This document shows, piece by piece, positions 1-14,512 of a stretch of 64,000 nt of DNA; the stretch's first letter is position 1, and each line of letters starts with the position of its first letter. A model generated the notes under the pieces. The model did no database searches. It had not been told where the DNA came from and was given only the letters and a program-made list of their open reading frames with translations. The position numbers and the translations under genes are program-made. Origin of the DNA: an uncultured Methanosarcinales archaeon (GTDB lineage Archaea > Nanobdellota > Nanobdellia > Woesearchaeales > 21-14-0-10-32-9); the NCBI GenBank assembly GCA_964501945.1, contig CAZCTY010000002.1, forward strand, positions 2,541 through 66,540, written 5' to 3'.

Positions 1-1
1 C

Positions 2-934
2 TATTTTCACATAAAAAAAGAATTCTTATTTGAAGTCGTACCAGTTCTAGACGTCGAATCAATAAATGATGCAGAAAATGTAATAGACATGTCGCCCATG
101 CACGTTAATTATTTTAAAAATAATGGAAAAGAACTTGAAGATGATGTTAGATTATTAAAATATTTCATGAAAGCAAACAGAGTATATGGAGCAGAGAGTT
201 TTATTAACGGATTTAGTGGGCACGTAGTTGATCTTTTAATCATAAAATACAAATCTTTTTTTAACACTTTAAAGGCAGCTAAGATTTGGAAACCAAAAGT
301 TATAATTGATTTAGAGAAAAAATTAAAAGACCCATTAATGGAACTTGACCGAGAGAAAATATCAGGTCCTTTAATTATTGTAGACCCAGTACAGGAAAAT
401 AGGAACGCAGCAGCCGCGCTAAGCGATGATTGCTTTGAAAAATTTAAAATAGCAAGCAACGAATTTATAAAAAATCCGTCAAAAAAATTTTTTGAGCGCA
501 AAGATGCAAAACAAGTATTAATAGATGAATATAAACATGAACATGTTTTTGAATTAATAATAGAACCTATGCGTGGAAATGAAGACATTGTAGGAACAAA
601 GATATTAAAATTATTAAAATTTATTCACACAAAATTAAAAGAAAACGATTTTAAAACAGAATTTAACTGGGATTTTGGATATCCTACAAAAGCGTACTTT
701 TCAACTAATACAACAACACTCGATGCAAAAAAAATTGTGCGAGGACCACCAACGAACATAAAAAAACACTGTGATTTGTTTAAAAATAAACACGAGAGTG
801 TATTTGAGAGAGATAATTTTTTATACGCTGAAATAAAGAGAAAATACACAAATATCAAAACAATGATACACGATTTACTTAATGATGAGCATGTTACAAG
901 CAGATGCAAGTCAATAAAACTTGCACACAAATAA
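2..934 (+). CDS. cca: CCA-adding enzyme (archaeal class I tRNA nucleotidyltransferase), 5' end cut by window edge
   Basis: The frame of the 89..934 ORF stays open back to nt 2 (YFHIKKEFLFEVVPVLDVESINDAENVIDMSPMH). The motifs VIDMSPMHVNYF and GAESFINGFSGHVVDLLII resemble the archaeal Cca DRTPFH and GAE..GFSG..ELL regions. Confidence 0.7.
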   Translation, partial: YFHIKKEFLFEVVPVLDVESINDAENVIDMSPMHVNYFKNNGKELEDDVRLLKYFMKANRVYGAESFINGFSGHVVDLLIIKYKSFFNTLKAAKIWKPKVIIDLEKKLKDPLMELDREKISGPLIIVDPVQENRNAAAALSDDCFEKFKIASNEFIKNPSKKFFERKDAKQVLIDEYKHEHVFELIIEPMRGNEDIVGTKILKLLKFIHTKLKENDFKTEFNWDFGYPTKAYFSTNTTTLDAKKIVRGPPTNIKKHCDLFKNKHESVFERDNFLYAEIKRKYTNIKTMIHDLLNDEHVTSRCKSIKLAHK

Positions 935-1009
935 AAAAAAATTATTTTTACTAATGAGTAGTTATAAATAGTTAATTTTTTAAATTCTGAATTATTACAA
1001 ACAGAGTAA

Positions 1010-2101
1010 ATGAATAAACCACAAAAAAACAACAACAATAATGAATTTGAAAATGAAAACATAACACCTGAGATAGATAGAGCTCTTAGAAAAGAAATAT
1101 ATAAAACACTATACCCCGCAATATATAATGAGATAAAAGATTATGAAAACATGCACGAGAGAGTTCTAAGATTATACAATATTAACAGAATCGATAATAT
1201 AAAATCTAAAGATATTAAAACAATTAAACAAACAATTACCACATTAGATGAATTAGATGATATAGAACACAATGTTAAATATACGCCGATATATGATGAA
1301 TTGAAAGATAAAATAGAAGAAAAAAAAGAAGAAGTAAAAAAAACATCACAAAAAAAATTAACAAATAAAATCTTAAAAAAACTATATTTTCTATCAGATA
1401 AAGAAAATAAACAAAAATTCTACAAAGAAAAAACAAAAATTGAAGAAGACATAGAAAAAGCATGCAAAAGAGGAATAGACTTTGAAGATTATTTTAAACG
1501 AGTTGAAAAATTGGAAACAATAGTAAATAAACCAAAACAAGAAATATATGAGGAGTATATGCAAAACATATTTCGCGAAGCACAAAAACTAATGGGAAAA
1601 GGCGAATATAAACAAGGACTGCACCTAATAAGCTTTGTAGAGGATCATTTCAAACAAAAAAATGAAAAAAAATATCTACAAATAACAAGATATGTAAAAA
1701 ACCAAATAATATCATCATACACATCACTACATCACACACAAGCATTCAAATATGCGCAAGATGCAAAAAAAGATATGATGAATAAACATTTAGCAATAGC
1801 TCAAAGCTTAATGAAAAGAGGACAAATTAAAAATGATGAAACACCTACAACAATACAAAACACATGCTATAGAGAATTAATGCATTGGAGCGTTAAACAA
1901 TTACAAAAAACACTTCCCGAAAATAAAGAAAACAGAGACTACATAAACCTTTTAATAGAGCACTTTAATGAACACAAAAACCTATTAGAAAATAATGCAC
2001 AAGGATCATATGATTTAGAACGCGTAGTTAAATTAGAAAAAGATCTTGAGAAAACATTAAACGCAAACAACTACAAAAGACCTTATATAAAAAATAAATG
2101 A
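1010..2101 (+). CDS. hypothetical Lys/Glu/Asn-rich, probably all-helical protein
   Basis: 363-aa ORF with no signal peptide, TM segment or catalytic motif that I recognise. Its 3' end overlaps the convergent lctP-like gene by 19 nt. Confidence 0.4.
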   Translation: MNKPQKNNNNNEFENENITPEIDRALRKEIYKTLYPAIYNEIKDYENMHERVLRLYNINRIDNIKSKDIKTIKQTITTLDELDDIEHNVKYTPIYDELKDKIEEKKEEVKKTSQKKLTNKILKKLYFLSDKENKQKFYKEKTKIEEDIEKACKRGIDFEDYFKRVEKLETIVNKPKQEIYEEYMQNIFREAQKLMGKGEYKQGLHLISFVEDHFKQKNEKKYLQITRYVKNQIISSYTSLHHTQAFKYAQDAKKDMMNKHLAIAQSLMKRGQIKNDETPTTIQNTCYRELMHWSVKQLQKTLPENKENRDYINLLIEHFNEHKNLLENNAQGSYDLERVVKLEKDLEKTLNANNYKRPYIKNK

Positions 2102-3573
2102 AACAATAAGCCAATAATAATCACGACTAATAAATAAATAAGAGCAGGAACTAGAGTTCTTTTCAAAATAATCAATTCCATGCCTTTAAGATTAACCGTC
2201 GCCTGCGCTGCAACAATATTAGTTAAAGATAACATATTACCAATACCCGCACCAACAACTTGAAGCGCCAAAACTAAAAAACCACTAACCCCAATGATTT
2301 GAGCAGCATTTACTTGAAGCGCACCAAATAAAATATTAGAAACAGTAGCACTACCAGACAAAAAAGAACCAAAAACACCAAGAATAGGAGAGAAAATTAA
2401 AAACACATCATTTAACAAAAAAATAGTCAACTGATCTAACATCCCTGGAAGATTTGAAAAATTATTAGACGAGACAATAAGCAATTGAACGATACCTGTA
2501 ATAAATAAAACAGCAATAAAAGGATAAAACAAAGTCTTCAAAGATTTCTCGACACTACTAAAAAAACCAACAAACTTTTTAGAAAATACAGATAAAACAG
2601 CGATAGTGAAGAAAAAAATGAAGCCAGGATTATTAAAAGAAAAAGAGTGAGAAACACCCTCAGCAAATAACAGAGAAATTGACGGCATAACATATTTACC
2701 GAGCAATAAAAAAACAACTAACAAAATATACGGGAAAAAGTCACGAAGCGCAGAATTATCAAAAAAAGAAGACTTAGAAACACTTTCTTTAGGAACGAAC
2801 AAACCCTTTTTTGTAGTAAAGATTACAATGAATAAACCAATAACAGAACCTAAAAGAGACGGAAACTCAGGCCCAATAAAAGATAATAAAAAATAAGGCA
2901 AAAGAAAACAAAGACCAGCCCAAAGAGAAAAAGGAACCATCCCCCATAAATCCTTGAAAGATTTTTTCTCATAAACATTAATAGTCCAAACAAGCAATAA
3001 AGGAACAAGAAGCCCCGCAAATAAATTAATAAACGCAGAGAGCTCTGAGACAAATAAAGTATCAAGGCCCGCAAACCCAACATTTATAGGCGTGCCAACA
3101 GCGCCAAAAACAACGGCAGTAGAATTACCAATTAAAGCCAAAACAACCGCGAGAATAGCAGGAAACCCAATAGCCACAAGCAAAGGAGCCGTTATTGCAG
3201 CAGGAGTACCAAAACCAGCCATGCCCTCAATAAAACTACCAAAAAACCAAACAATAATTATCGCCTGAACCCTCCTATCAGAACTAATACCAACAAGCTT
3301 TTTCTCAATTCTCTCAATCCTACCTGTCTTTTTTAAATAATCCAAAAATAATAATGCGCCAAAAATAATTAATAAAATATCAAATGCAACAAAAAAAGAT
3401 TTGAAAAAAGATGCAACAATAAAATCTTTGAAAACAAACCAATAAAAAAAAGAAATTAAAAGAGTATAAACGAAAACAATAGGCGCAACAATAAAAAGAG
3501 GCCTCCTAAATAATAACAATAAAACCAACAACAAAATAGGAGATCCAGCAATAAATGTATTTAACAAAATCAA
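2083..3573 (-). CDS. lctP: L-lactate/glycolate permease (LctP family)
   Basis: Polytopic membrane protein. [27 protein letters not shown]...[14 protein letters not shown] closely parallels the LldP/LctP signature [24 protein letters not shown]...NTAPVAFGAMGIPI. Confidence 0.8.
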   Translation of the reverse strand: MILLNTFIAGSPILLLVLLLLFRRPLFIVAPIVFVYTLLISFFYWFVFKDFIVASFFKSFFVAFDILLIIFGALLFLDYLKKTGRIERIEKKLVGISSDRRVQAIIIVWFFGSFIEGMAGFGTPAAITAPLLVAIGFPAILAVVLALIGNSTAVVFGAVGTPINVGFAGLDTLFVSELSAFINLFAGLLVPLLLVWTINVYEKKSFKDLWGMVPFSLWAGLCFLLPYFLLSFIGPEFPSLLGSVIGLFIVIFTTKKGLFVPKESVSKSSFFDNSALRDFFPYILLVVFLLLGKYVMPSISLLFAEGVSHSFSFNNPGFIFFFTIAVLSVFSKKFVGFFSSVEKSLKTLFYPFIAVLFITGIVQLLIVSSNNFSNLPGMLDQLTIFLLNDVFLIFSPILGVFGSFLSGSATVSNILFGALQVNAAQIIGVSGFLVLALQVVGAGIGNMLSLTNIVAAQATVNLKGMELIILKRTLVPALIYLLVVIIIGLLFHLFFI

Positions 3574-4685
3574 TCACCCTGCACTAACTCAAATAACACA
3601 ATCTCATTTTTAGACCCAAGCCTCATAGGAGGACCCCACCAACCAGTACCAGAAGATACATAAAAATAAGAACCACCCCTCTTATAAAAACCCTTAACCC
3701 TTTTATAATAAAGCCTCATTAAAAAATTTAAAGGAAAAATCTGACCACCATGAGTGTGACCTGACAACATCAAATCAACACCGCGCTTTGCAATTTTTTT
3801 AAATTTTTTAGGCCTGTGAAATAACAAAATATTGAAATCAGACTCACTAACCCCTATTTTAGACAACCTAGATAACATCACACTAGGCTTTTCAACATCA
3901 TCAATGCCAATAATTGAGAGCTCATCAAATTTAACTTTACCCCCTCTAAGCAAAACAACACCCGAGTCCTTTAGTAAATTAGAAACATTCCTCATACCAG
4001 TAACACGCTCATGGTTGCCCGTAACCATGTATGTTGGCGCAGAAATATTTTTTAAAATATTAAAATAACCAGGAATATATTTGTGCTTACCATCAATTAA
4101 ATCACCAGTGATAAAAACAATGTCAGGTTTTAAATTATTAATACGACGCACAATGTTTTCTAAAAAATTATTTTTATGAGCAGCACCAATATGCAAATCA
4201 GATATTTGAACAATTCTTTTAGAAGATTTAATCTTATCAGATTTAATAACAATTTTTTTATTAAAAATAAACAATGCATTAATAATAGAGTAAATAAAAA
4301 AAATCATGGTTAAATAAAAACTAAAAATTAACTTATACTCAAAGCTAATCAAATTAAATAAAAAAAGCAAATCAAATACAAGGAAAAAAAATAAAGCAAT
4401 AACACAAAAACCAAGCCAAAGAGAACCTAAAACATTTAAAATTTTAGCAAATACATTATTAGAATAACGAATTGCCGCAGCTCCAAGAACATATACAAAA
4501 GATAAAAAAACAAACAAAAAAGAAAAAAACTGACCCATCTCAAGTCCAAAAACAAGATACAAATTAGATAAAACATAATAATTGATAAAAAATAAAATAA
4601 ATACAAATAATAAAACCCTAGGCGCGAGCCTCTCTTTTTTATCAACCGATTCAGGAATTACAATATCAAAAATTTCTTCAACCAC
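3570..4685 (-). CDS. membrane-anchored calcineurin-like metallophosphoesterase (YkuE/YaeI type)
   Basis: About 4 N-terminal TM helices are followed by [20 protein letters not shown] and SGHTHGGQI motifs. Overlaps lctP by 4 nt. Confidence 0.8.
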   Translation of the reverse strand: MVEEIFDIVIPESVDKKERLAPRVLLFVFILFFINYYVLSNLYLVFGLEMGQFFSFLFVFLSFVYVLGAAAIRYSNNVFAKILNVLGSLWLGFCVIALFFFLVFDLLFLFNLISFEYKLIFSFYLTMIFFIYSIINALFIFNKKIVIKSDKIKSSKRIVQISDLHIGAAHKNNFLENIVRRINNLKPDIVFITGDLIDGKHKYIPGYFNILKNISAPTYMVTGNHERVTGMRNVSNLLKDSGVVLLRGGKVKFDELSIIGIDDVEKPSVMLSRLSKIGVSESDFNILLFHRPKKFKKIAKRGVDLMLSGHTHGGQIFPLNFLMRLYYKRVKGFYKRGGSYFYVSSGTGWWGPPMRLGSKNEIVLFELVQGD

Positions 4686-4695
4686 TCACCACACC

Positions 4696-5559
4696 TCAAA
4701 AAAATAAAACCAACCAATTACCAAAAATTAACAAGAGAACATACGTAATAAAAAAACTTGGAATAAAAGGAATGCCTTCTTTAACTTTTACCTCACTAAC
4801 ACCCTTATTTTTTAACAACTCAATCTCACTACTAGAAATACCAGTCTTGCCAATAGCGAAAGGCTTATTATCAAAAACAAATTCATCAATAACCCAATCC
4901 CCCTCAACGAGATTAGAAACTTTAATTTTTTTAATTAAAGAAGACTCCTCAACAGCTTTGAGTAAAACACCAAAATAGTAAAGAAAAAATAATAACAGAG
5001 AAAAAATGAAAAGAATAACAAATAATCTAAAATCAAAACCAAAAGCTAAAGCCAAAATTAAAAACAAAAAAACAAATAAGAACAAAAACAAAACCCAACG
5101 AGGCTTTTTAGACGCGAAAAAACGATATTTTTTTAAAAAAATTTTACGATTTAAAAAAGCCATAATAACTAACCAAACCAAACCATACAGCGCGCCAATT
5201 ATAAGAGATGAAATAATAAATACTAAAAACATAGGCAAAGATGAATCTAAGAAAAAAGGATTAAAACCTAAAACAGCGCCAATACCCATAACCATTTTAG
5301 CATCTCCGCCGCCCCACTGACCAGAATAATAAAATAAGGCACCAATACAAAAACCAACAAATAAACCAAAAAGAGAATACACAATATAAGAACTGTCAAA
5401 ATAGAAAATAGATAATAAAGAGTTAAGTAATAAACCAATAGCAATAAGAGAAAAATTTAACGTATCAGGAACCTCGTGCTTTTTAAAATCAGTGATAGAA
5501 CCCAAAAAAAGAGCCAACAATATAACAAAATTCTGAATCATAAAACAAAAAAGTTCCAC
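4696..5559 (-). CDS. A24-family prepilin/preflagellin aspartyl peptidase
   Basis: Polytopic protein with a first Asp context SITDFKKHEVPD, a second catalytic motif GQWGGGDAKMVMGIG, and C-terminal EGIPFIPSF. A soluble insert of about 60 aa precedes the last TM. Confidence 0.75.
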   Translation of the reverse strand: MELFCFMIQNFVILLALFLGSITDFKKHEVPDTLNFSLIAIGLLLNSLLSIFYFDSSYIVYSLFGLFVGFCIGALFYYSGQWGGGDAKMVMGIGAVLGFNPFFLDSSLPMFLVFIISSLIIGALYGLVWLVIMAFLNRKIFLKKYRFFASKKPRWVLFLFLFVFLFLILALAFGFDFRLFVILFIFSLLLFFLYYFGVLLKAVEESSLIKKIKVSNLVEGDWVIDEFVFDNKPFAIGKTGISSSEIELLKNKGVSEVKVKEGIPFIPSFFITYVLLLIFGNWLVLFF

Positions 5560-5593
5560 ATTAATATATAAATATTATGATTTGAAAAATAAG

Positions 5594-6754
5594 TTAAACA
5601 TTATTTAACACATCAACAACCTCGTGCGCAATCATCAATTCCTCGTTAGTTGGAATAACCAATACTTTAATCTTAGAAGACTCATCACTAATAACTGCGG
5701 GCTTTGAGAAAGAACCACTATTGAACATGTTTTTTTCATAATCAATTTTAACACCAAGATGCTTTAGAGAATCACATACCTTCTTTCTCACAAAAAAACC
5801 ACCCTCACCAATACCACCACTAAAAACTAAAGCATGAGTATCACCACCCATACTCGCCAAATAAGCGCCAATGTATTTAACAACACTATAACAAAATAAA
5901 TCCAACGCTAAAAAAGCATCCTCATCACCCTCAAGAACCCTATCATACACAATGCGCATATCAGAAGCCCCACAAAGACCTTTCAATCCAGACTTATTAT
6001 TCAACAAATCAAGAACACCATCAGCAGTTAAATTAAGCTTTTTTTGCAAAAAAACAACCAAACTAGGATCAATATCCCCAGAACGAGAACCCATAACTAA
6101 GCCCTGAAGAGGAGAAAAACCCATAGATGTGTCAATACAAACATTATTTTTAATACAACTAACACTACTACCATTACCAAGATGACAAGAAATAATATTC
6201 ACCTTCTCCCTACCAAGCAAGTCTTGAGATGACTGAGTTAAATACTTATGAGAAATCCCATGAAAACCAAATTTTTTAATCCTGAACTTAGAGGCAACCT
6301 CTTTAGGCAAAGCATAAGAAGATGCATGCTGAGGCAAATTTTTAAAAAAAGAAGTATCAAAAACAACTATTTGAGGAACGCCAAGCAATTTCTTACAAGC
6401 CTTAATACCCTCTAAGTTATGAGGATTGTGAAGAGGCGCCAAATCACAAAGAGAACTTAATTTTTTAAGAACACCATCATCAACTAAAACAGGCTCAAAA
6501 AACAAAGAACCACCATGAACAAACCTATGACCAACCGCCATAATAGAAGACTTATCAATTTTTCCTAAAATCAGAGAAATAGCCTCAACATGATCTTTCA
6601 CAAAAACATTATCCGATTCAACACCATGCTTAAAAACACAAGATTTCAAACCAATCCCATCAACATGACCCCTTGCAACAATGCCCCTATTACTAGGATT
6701 TATAACTTTATATTTAACACTAGAACTACCACTATTAATAACTAAGATATTCAT
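5594..6754 (-). CDS. ackA: acetate kinase
   Basis: N-terminus MNILVINSGSSSVKYKV, plus GHRFVHGG, FHGISHKY, HLGNGSSV and EELMIA motifs. Confidence 0.9.
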   Translation of the reverse strand: MNILVINSGSSSVKYKVINPSNRGIVARGHVDGIGLKSCVFKHGVESDNVFVKDHVEAISLILGKIDKSSIMAVGHRFVHGGSLFFEPVLVDDGVLKKLSSLCDLAPLHNPHNLEGIKACKKLLGVPQIVVFDTSFFKNLPQHASSYALPKEVASKFRIKKFGFHGISHKYLTQSSQDLLGREKVNIISCHLGNGSSVSCIKNNVCIDTSMGFSPLQGLVMGSRSGDIDPSLVVFLQKKLNLTADGVLDLLNNKSGLKGLCGASDMRIVYDRVLEGDEDAFLALDLFCYSVVKYIGAYLASMGGDTHALVFSGGIGEGGFFVRKKVCDSLKHLGVKIDYEKNMFNSGSFSKPAVISDESSKIKVLVIPTNEELMIAHEVVDVLNNV

Positions 6755-7740
6755 TCATCCACCTCTAATACAGTTAAAACAGCTACATTAACAATATCTT
6801 CAATGCAACAACCCCTACTAAGATCATTAATAGGTTTTTTCAAACCCTGAACGATAGGACCAATAGCCCTAAAATGACCTAAGCGTTCAACTAATTTATA
6901 ACCAATATTACCCGAATTCAAATCAGGAAAAATAAGCACGTTAGCACGACCCTTAAGAGGCGAGTTAGGACATTTTAAACTCGCAACGCCCTCATCAATT
7001 GCAGCATCCAATTGAAGCTCGCCATCAACTAAAAGAGAAGGCTCATCTTTTTTTATTAAAGCGAGCGCATCAACAATTTTAGAAATAGATTCATGCTTTG
7101 CGCTACCAAGAGATGAAAAACTAAGCAAAGCAACCCTAGGCTCAAAGCCAAGACGCTCAGCACTACGCGCAGTGCTAATCGCAATATCTTTTAGCTGAGA
7201 TGCATCAGGATCAATAACAAAAGCACAATCACTAAAAAAATAATTCAAATCATCCTTCGAGACCAAAAAGAAACTAGATGCTGTCTTAACACCCACGCGT
7301 GTACCAACGATTTGTAAAGCAGGCCTTAAAACAGACGATGTAGGATGACTCGCACCAGAAATCATAGCATCAACAAACCCAGACTCAACCATTAACGCGC
7401 CAAGATAATTAACATCACCCAATAAAGCCTCAGCATCACTTTTAGATAAACCTTTATGCTTTCTTTTCTCAAGGAGCAAAGAGATGTAAAAATCAAAATC
7501 AACAGATGATACATCCACAAATTCTAATCCCTCAACACTAATGCCTTCTTTTTCCATTAAAGCCATAGCACCACTACCAAGAATAACAGGATACGCAATA
7601 CCCTCATCACGAATAATACGACACGCCTTTAAAATACGCAAATCATCCCCCTCAGGAAAAACAATACGCCTAGGCGATTTTACAGCAAGTTCTTTTAATT
7701 TAACAATTATATCAGCCATGAAATAAAAAAACAAAACCAA
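6751..7740 (-). CDS. pta: phosphate acetyltransferase (short PTA_PTB-only form)
   Basis: RIVFPEGDDLRILKA, SGASHPTS, FPDLNSGNIGYKL and PINDLSRG motifs. Overlaps ackA by 4 nt. The likely true start is the ATG at 7719 (MADIIVKL) rather than the TTG at 7740. Confidence 0.9.
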   Translation of the reverse strand: MVLFFYFMADIIVKLKELAVKSPRRIVFPEGDDLRILKACRIIRDEGIAYPVILGSGAMALMEKEGISVEGLEFVDVSSVDFDFYISLLLEKRKHKGLSKSDAEALLGDVNYLGALMVESGFVDAMISGASHPTSSVLRPALQIVGTRVGVKTASSFFLVSKDDLNYFFSDCAFVIDPDASQLKDIAISTARSAERLGFEPRVALLSFSSLGSAKHESISKIVDALALIKKDEPSLLVDGELQLDAAIDEGVASLKCPNSPLKGRANVLIFPDLNSGNIGYKLVERLGHFRAIGPIVQGLKKPINDLSRGCCIEDIVNVAVLTVLEVDE

Positions 7741-7801
7741 ACTTAATAAATTTAACTATTAAATATATGAAAGAATAAAGAGAAAAAAATAGAGAAAAAA
7801 A

Positions 7802-8236
7802 TTATTTTCTAGCTTTTTGAAGCTTACCATTCAACAAAGCTTCCAATGATTGATCATTAACCTGAATGACCTGCCACCTAACACCAGGCAAATCACCTTT
7901 AGCACGACCCATGTTACCACCCATGCACTCAACGACAACTTCATCGTGTTCATCAACCATTTTCTGCGCCCCATCACCAGGCATAAAAGCAGTAATCTGC
8001 CTACCGTTTTTAACGAGTTGAACCCTAACACACTTTCTCATAGCAGAGTTAGGCTGCTTAGCTTCCCTTTGAACCTTCTCTAATACAATACCAGAAGCCT
8101 GACTTGCACCTTCAAGAGGATCAGATTTCTTCTTTAAACCTAACTTTTTAGCATACCATTTATATTTCTTCTTTTGCTCAGTCCTACGCTTAATAAGCTT
8201 AGTACCCGCGTTCATACCAGATGCTTTCTTACTCAT
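7802..8236 (-). CDS. rps12: 30S ribosomal protein uS12 (S12P)
   Basis: [47 protein letters not shown]. Confidence 0.95.
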   Translation of the reverse strand: MSKKASGMNAGTKLIKRRTEQKKKYKWYAKKLGLKKKSDPLEGASQASGIVLEKVQREAKQPNSAMRKCVRVQLVKNGRQITAFMPGDGAQKMVDEHDEVVVECMGGNMGRAKGDLPGVRWQVIQVNDQSLEALLNGKLQKARK

Positions 8237-8240
8237 AATA

Positions 8241-8657
8241 TCACACTACCTTTATTTCTTTAATTTCATCAAAATACTTTTGAACTATAGCTTCATAGTT
8301 CCTAAGATTCTGAGCACGCGCACCAATCATCAAACCTTTAGTCTTGGTGTCAGCGCCCTTAATCGTAATTACCCCCTCATCCATGTCAATACTATCCATT
8401 TTTAAAGGATGCATGACATTTTTAACGAAGTCCAACACATTAGGATTAAATTCCACTATTTTAATGTTTCTATTTGTTGCCTTAACCAATTTATGAACAT
8501 TCTCATTTTTAGGCCCTAAAGCCTTCCTCAAATAACCATGCTCAACTAAAAAAAACAACTTGTCTTTAACAGTAAAACAATCCTTCAACTTAGCACGAGT
8601 AATCTTCTCAAAAAGATTCATCAACTGCAAAGTCTCAACGTCATACTTAGTTTTCAT
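8241..8657 (-). CDS. nusA: archaeal NusA-like (two-KH) transcription termination/antitermination protein
   Basis: 138 aa. It occupies the conserved position between L30e and S12, with a KH-like [10 protein letters not shown] segment. Confidence 0.8.
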   Translation of the reverse strand: MKTKYDVETLQLMNLFEKITRAKLKDCFTVKDKLFFLVEHGYLRKALGPKNENVHKLVKATNRNIKIVEFNPNVLDFVKNVMHPLKMDSIDMDEGVITIKGADTKTKGLMIGARAQNLRNYEAIVQKYFDEIKEIKVV

Positions 8658-8908
8658 TTTACTAAACCAATAACAGCAATAGAAAAAGGCTTCTTACAAA
8701 AAGTACCAAGCTCATCGTTTGGAAGTTTAACAACTTCAACTTCAGTACCATTAAGACTAGCATAACGCTCAACATCCTCTAAAACTAAAGGATCAACGTT
8801 ACTTGCTAAGAAAACTTTACTAAGTTCCCCTTTCTTTAAAAGCTTCAATGTTCTATCCTTACCAATTATCAGTTTCTCTGAACCCAACAATTTTTTCAAT
8901 TCATTCAT
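8654..8908 (-). CDS. rpl30e: 50S ribosomal protein eL30 (L30e)
   Basis: 84 aa with L7Ae/L30e-like LIIGKDRTLKLLKKGELSKVFLASNV. It lies in the conserved slot after rpoA2. Confidence 0.8.
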   Translation of the reverse strand: MNELKKLLGSEKLIIGKDRTLKLLKKGELSKVFLASNVDPLVLEDVERYASLNGTEVEVVKLPNDELGTFCKKPFSIAVIGLVK

Positions 8909-8934
8909 CTATATTCACCTTTCAAATAAAAATA

Positions 8935-12706
<3,772 letters not shown>

Positions 12707-12710
<4 letters not shown>

Positions 12711-14512
12711 AACTTACTTTTTAATTTTAACTTAGGATACAACCCTAAGGATTTGAACTCATCTATTAACAACTTAAACGCATAACTCATCTCAATATCA
12801 CTCATCTCAGAATCCTCATCATACAAAGAGGAAACAGCCCTATTATTTTTACGAGCATCATAATAACCAGACAAACCAGAACGCTCACAGATAGGAACAA
12901 CCACTGTGTCTGTATCAAAACGCTCCTTTAAAGTCAAAGAAGAGCCATGAGCTATGAAAGTATCTTTCTCCATCTCACCAAGCCTCAAACCACCTTCTTT
13001 AGCACGACCCTCAGTAGGCTGCCTAGTTAAAAGCTGAATCGGACCACGCGCCCTGCTATGCATTTTATTTGCAACCATGTGCTTTAACTTCAAATAATAA
13101 ATGTTACCTACAAATATTTGAACCTGATATTGCTCACCAGTAACACCATTATAAAGAGTCTCAGAGCCATCCTCTCTAAAACCATGATCTAATAATTCTT
13201 TTCTAATATCACGCTCTTGCTCTGATTCAAACATGGTACCATCAACTAACCTACCAGATAAAGCAGCAGTTTTACCTGCAAGCAATTCAAGTAAGTGAGA
13301 TATAGTCATACGGCTAGGAATACCAAAAGGACTAAAAATTATATCAGGCCTAACACCTGTGCTAGTGAAAGGAACATCCTCTTCAGGAACAACTAAACTA
13401 ATAACACCTTTCTGACCATGCCTAGATGTAAACTTATCACCAATTTCAGGAATTCTTTGCTCACGCAAACGAACTTGAATTAATTTATTACCTTCCTCGT
13501 TTTCAGTTAAAGAAACAAAATCAACAACTCCCTTCTCACCGTGCTTTAGCGCAAGAGAAGATTCCCTGTTAGAATCAGTAGCCAAGCTATACTCCTCCAT
13601 GCTACTCAAAAACCTAGGAGGACTAACCTTACCAATGATAACATCCCCCTCATCAACTTTAGATTCAGGATAAATAATACCATCATCTTCAAGCATACGA
13701 TAATCTTGCTCAGACCTATAACCCCTAACTTCTTTATCAGGAACCCTAATCTCATCCATTAAACCACCAGAATAACGAAGCTCCTCAGAGACAATAGGTC
13801 TAAAATAAGAAGACCTGCCAAGACCCCTATCAACAGAGCCCTTGTTAATAACAACAGAATCCTCCATGTTATAACCCTTATAACTCATAACAGCTAAAAC
13901 AACGTTTTGCCCAGAGGGATGAGTATCATATTTAATAACATCATGAAGCGCTGTTTGAACCAAAGGATACTGAGGATAATGTAATAAACTAACATCCATA
14001 TCCATCCGAACAGGATAATTAGAAGCATACAAACCAATTCCTTGCTTTTGATTCTTAGCACCTTGATTGAGCCTTACACCTTGATTATAATTACCAAAAG
14101 GAACCAAACCAGTAGTCAACCCAAGAACAGATAGAGGACTAACATCCAAATGAGTATGCTCAGGAGTAATATCCTCCTCAAAGAAAGCCACCAAAGCGTT
14201 CTCCTCCTCAGTTGCATCTAAGTATTCAATAACACCAGTTTTAACCAAATCAGACCAACCAATCTCGCCTTTCTCTAGTTGTTTTACATGCTTTTCTTCA
14301 AGCAAAGGCTTACCCTCTTTAACAACAATTAAAGGACGAGTAGTCCTACCACTAGAAGTCTCAACGACAACCTTATCTTCTTGAGGAATATGCAAAACAT
14401 TAACATCCCCCTCAATTTTACCAGACCTTCTCGAAAACACAATTTGGTTTACGAAATCAGAAGGATCTTTAACAGTCCCAACAAATTTACCATCCATGAA
14501 TACGTCAGTCAT
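12707..14512 (-). CDS. rpoB1: DNA-directed RNA polymerase subunit B' (C-terminal half of B)
   Basis: FTSRHGQKGV, GEMEKD and PTEGRAKEGGLRLGEME motifs. 4-nt overlaps with both neighbours. Confidence 0.95.

Noticed and set aside
109-1062. 159-aa and 145-aa minus-strand ORFs
   Set aside because: They are antisense to cca, which has recognisable CCA-enzyme motifs.
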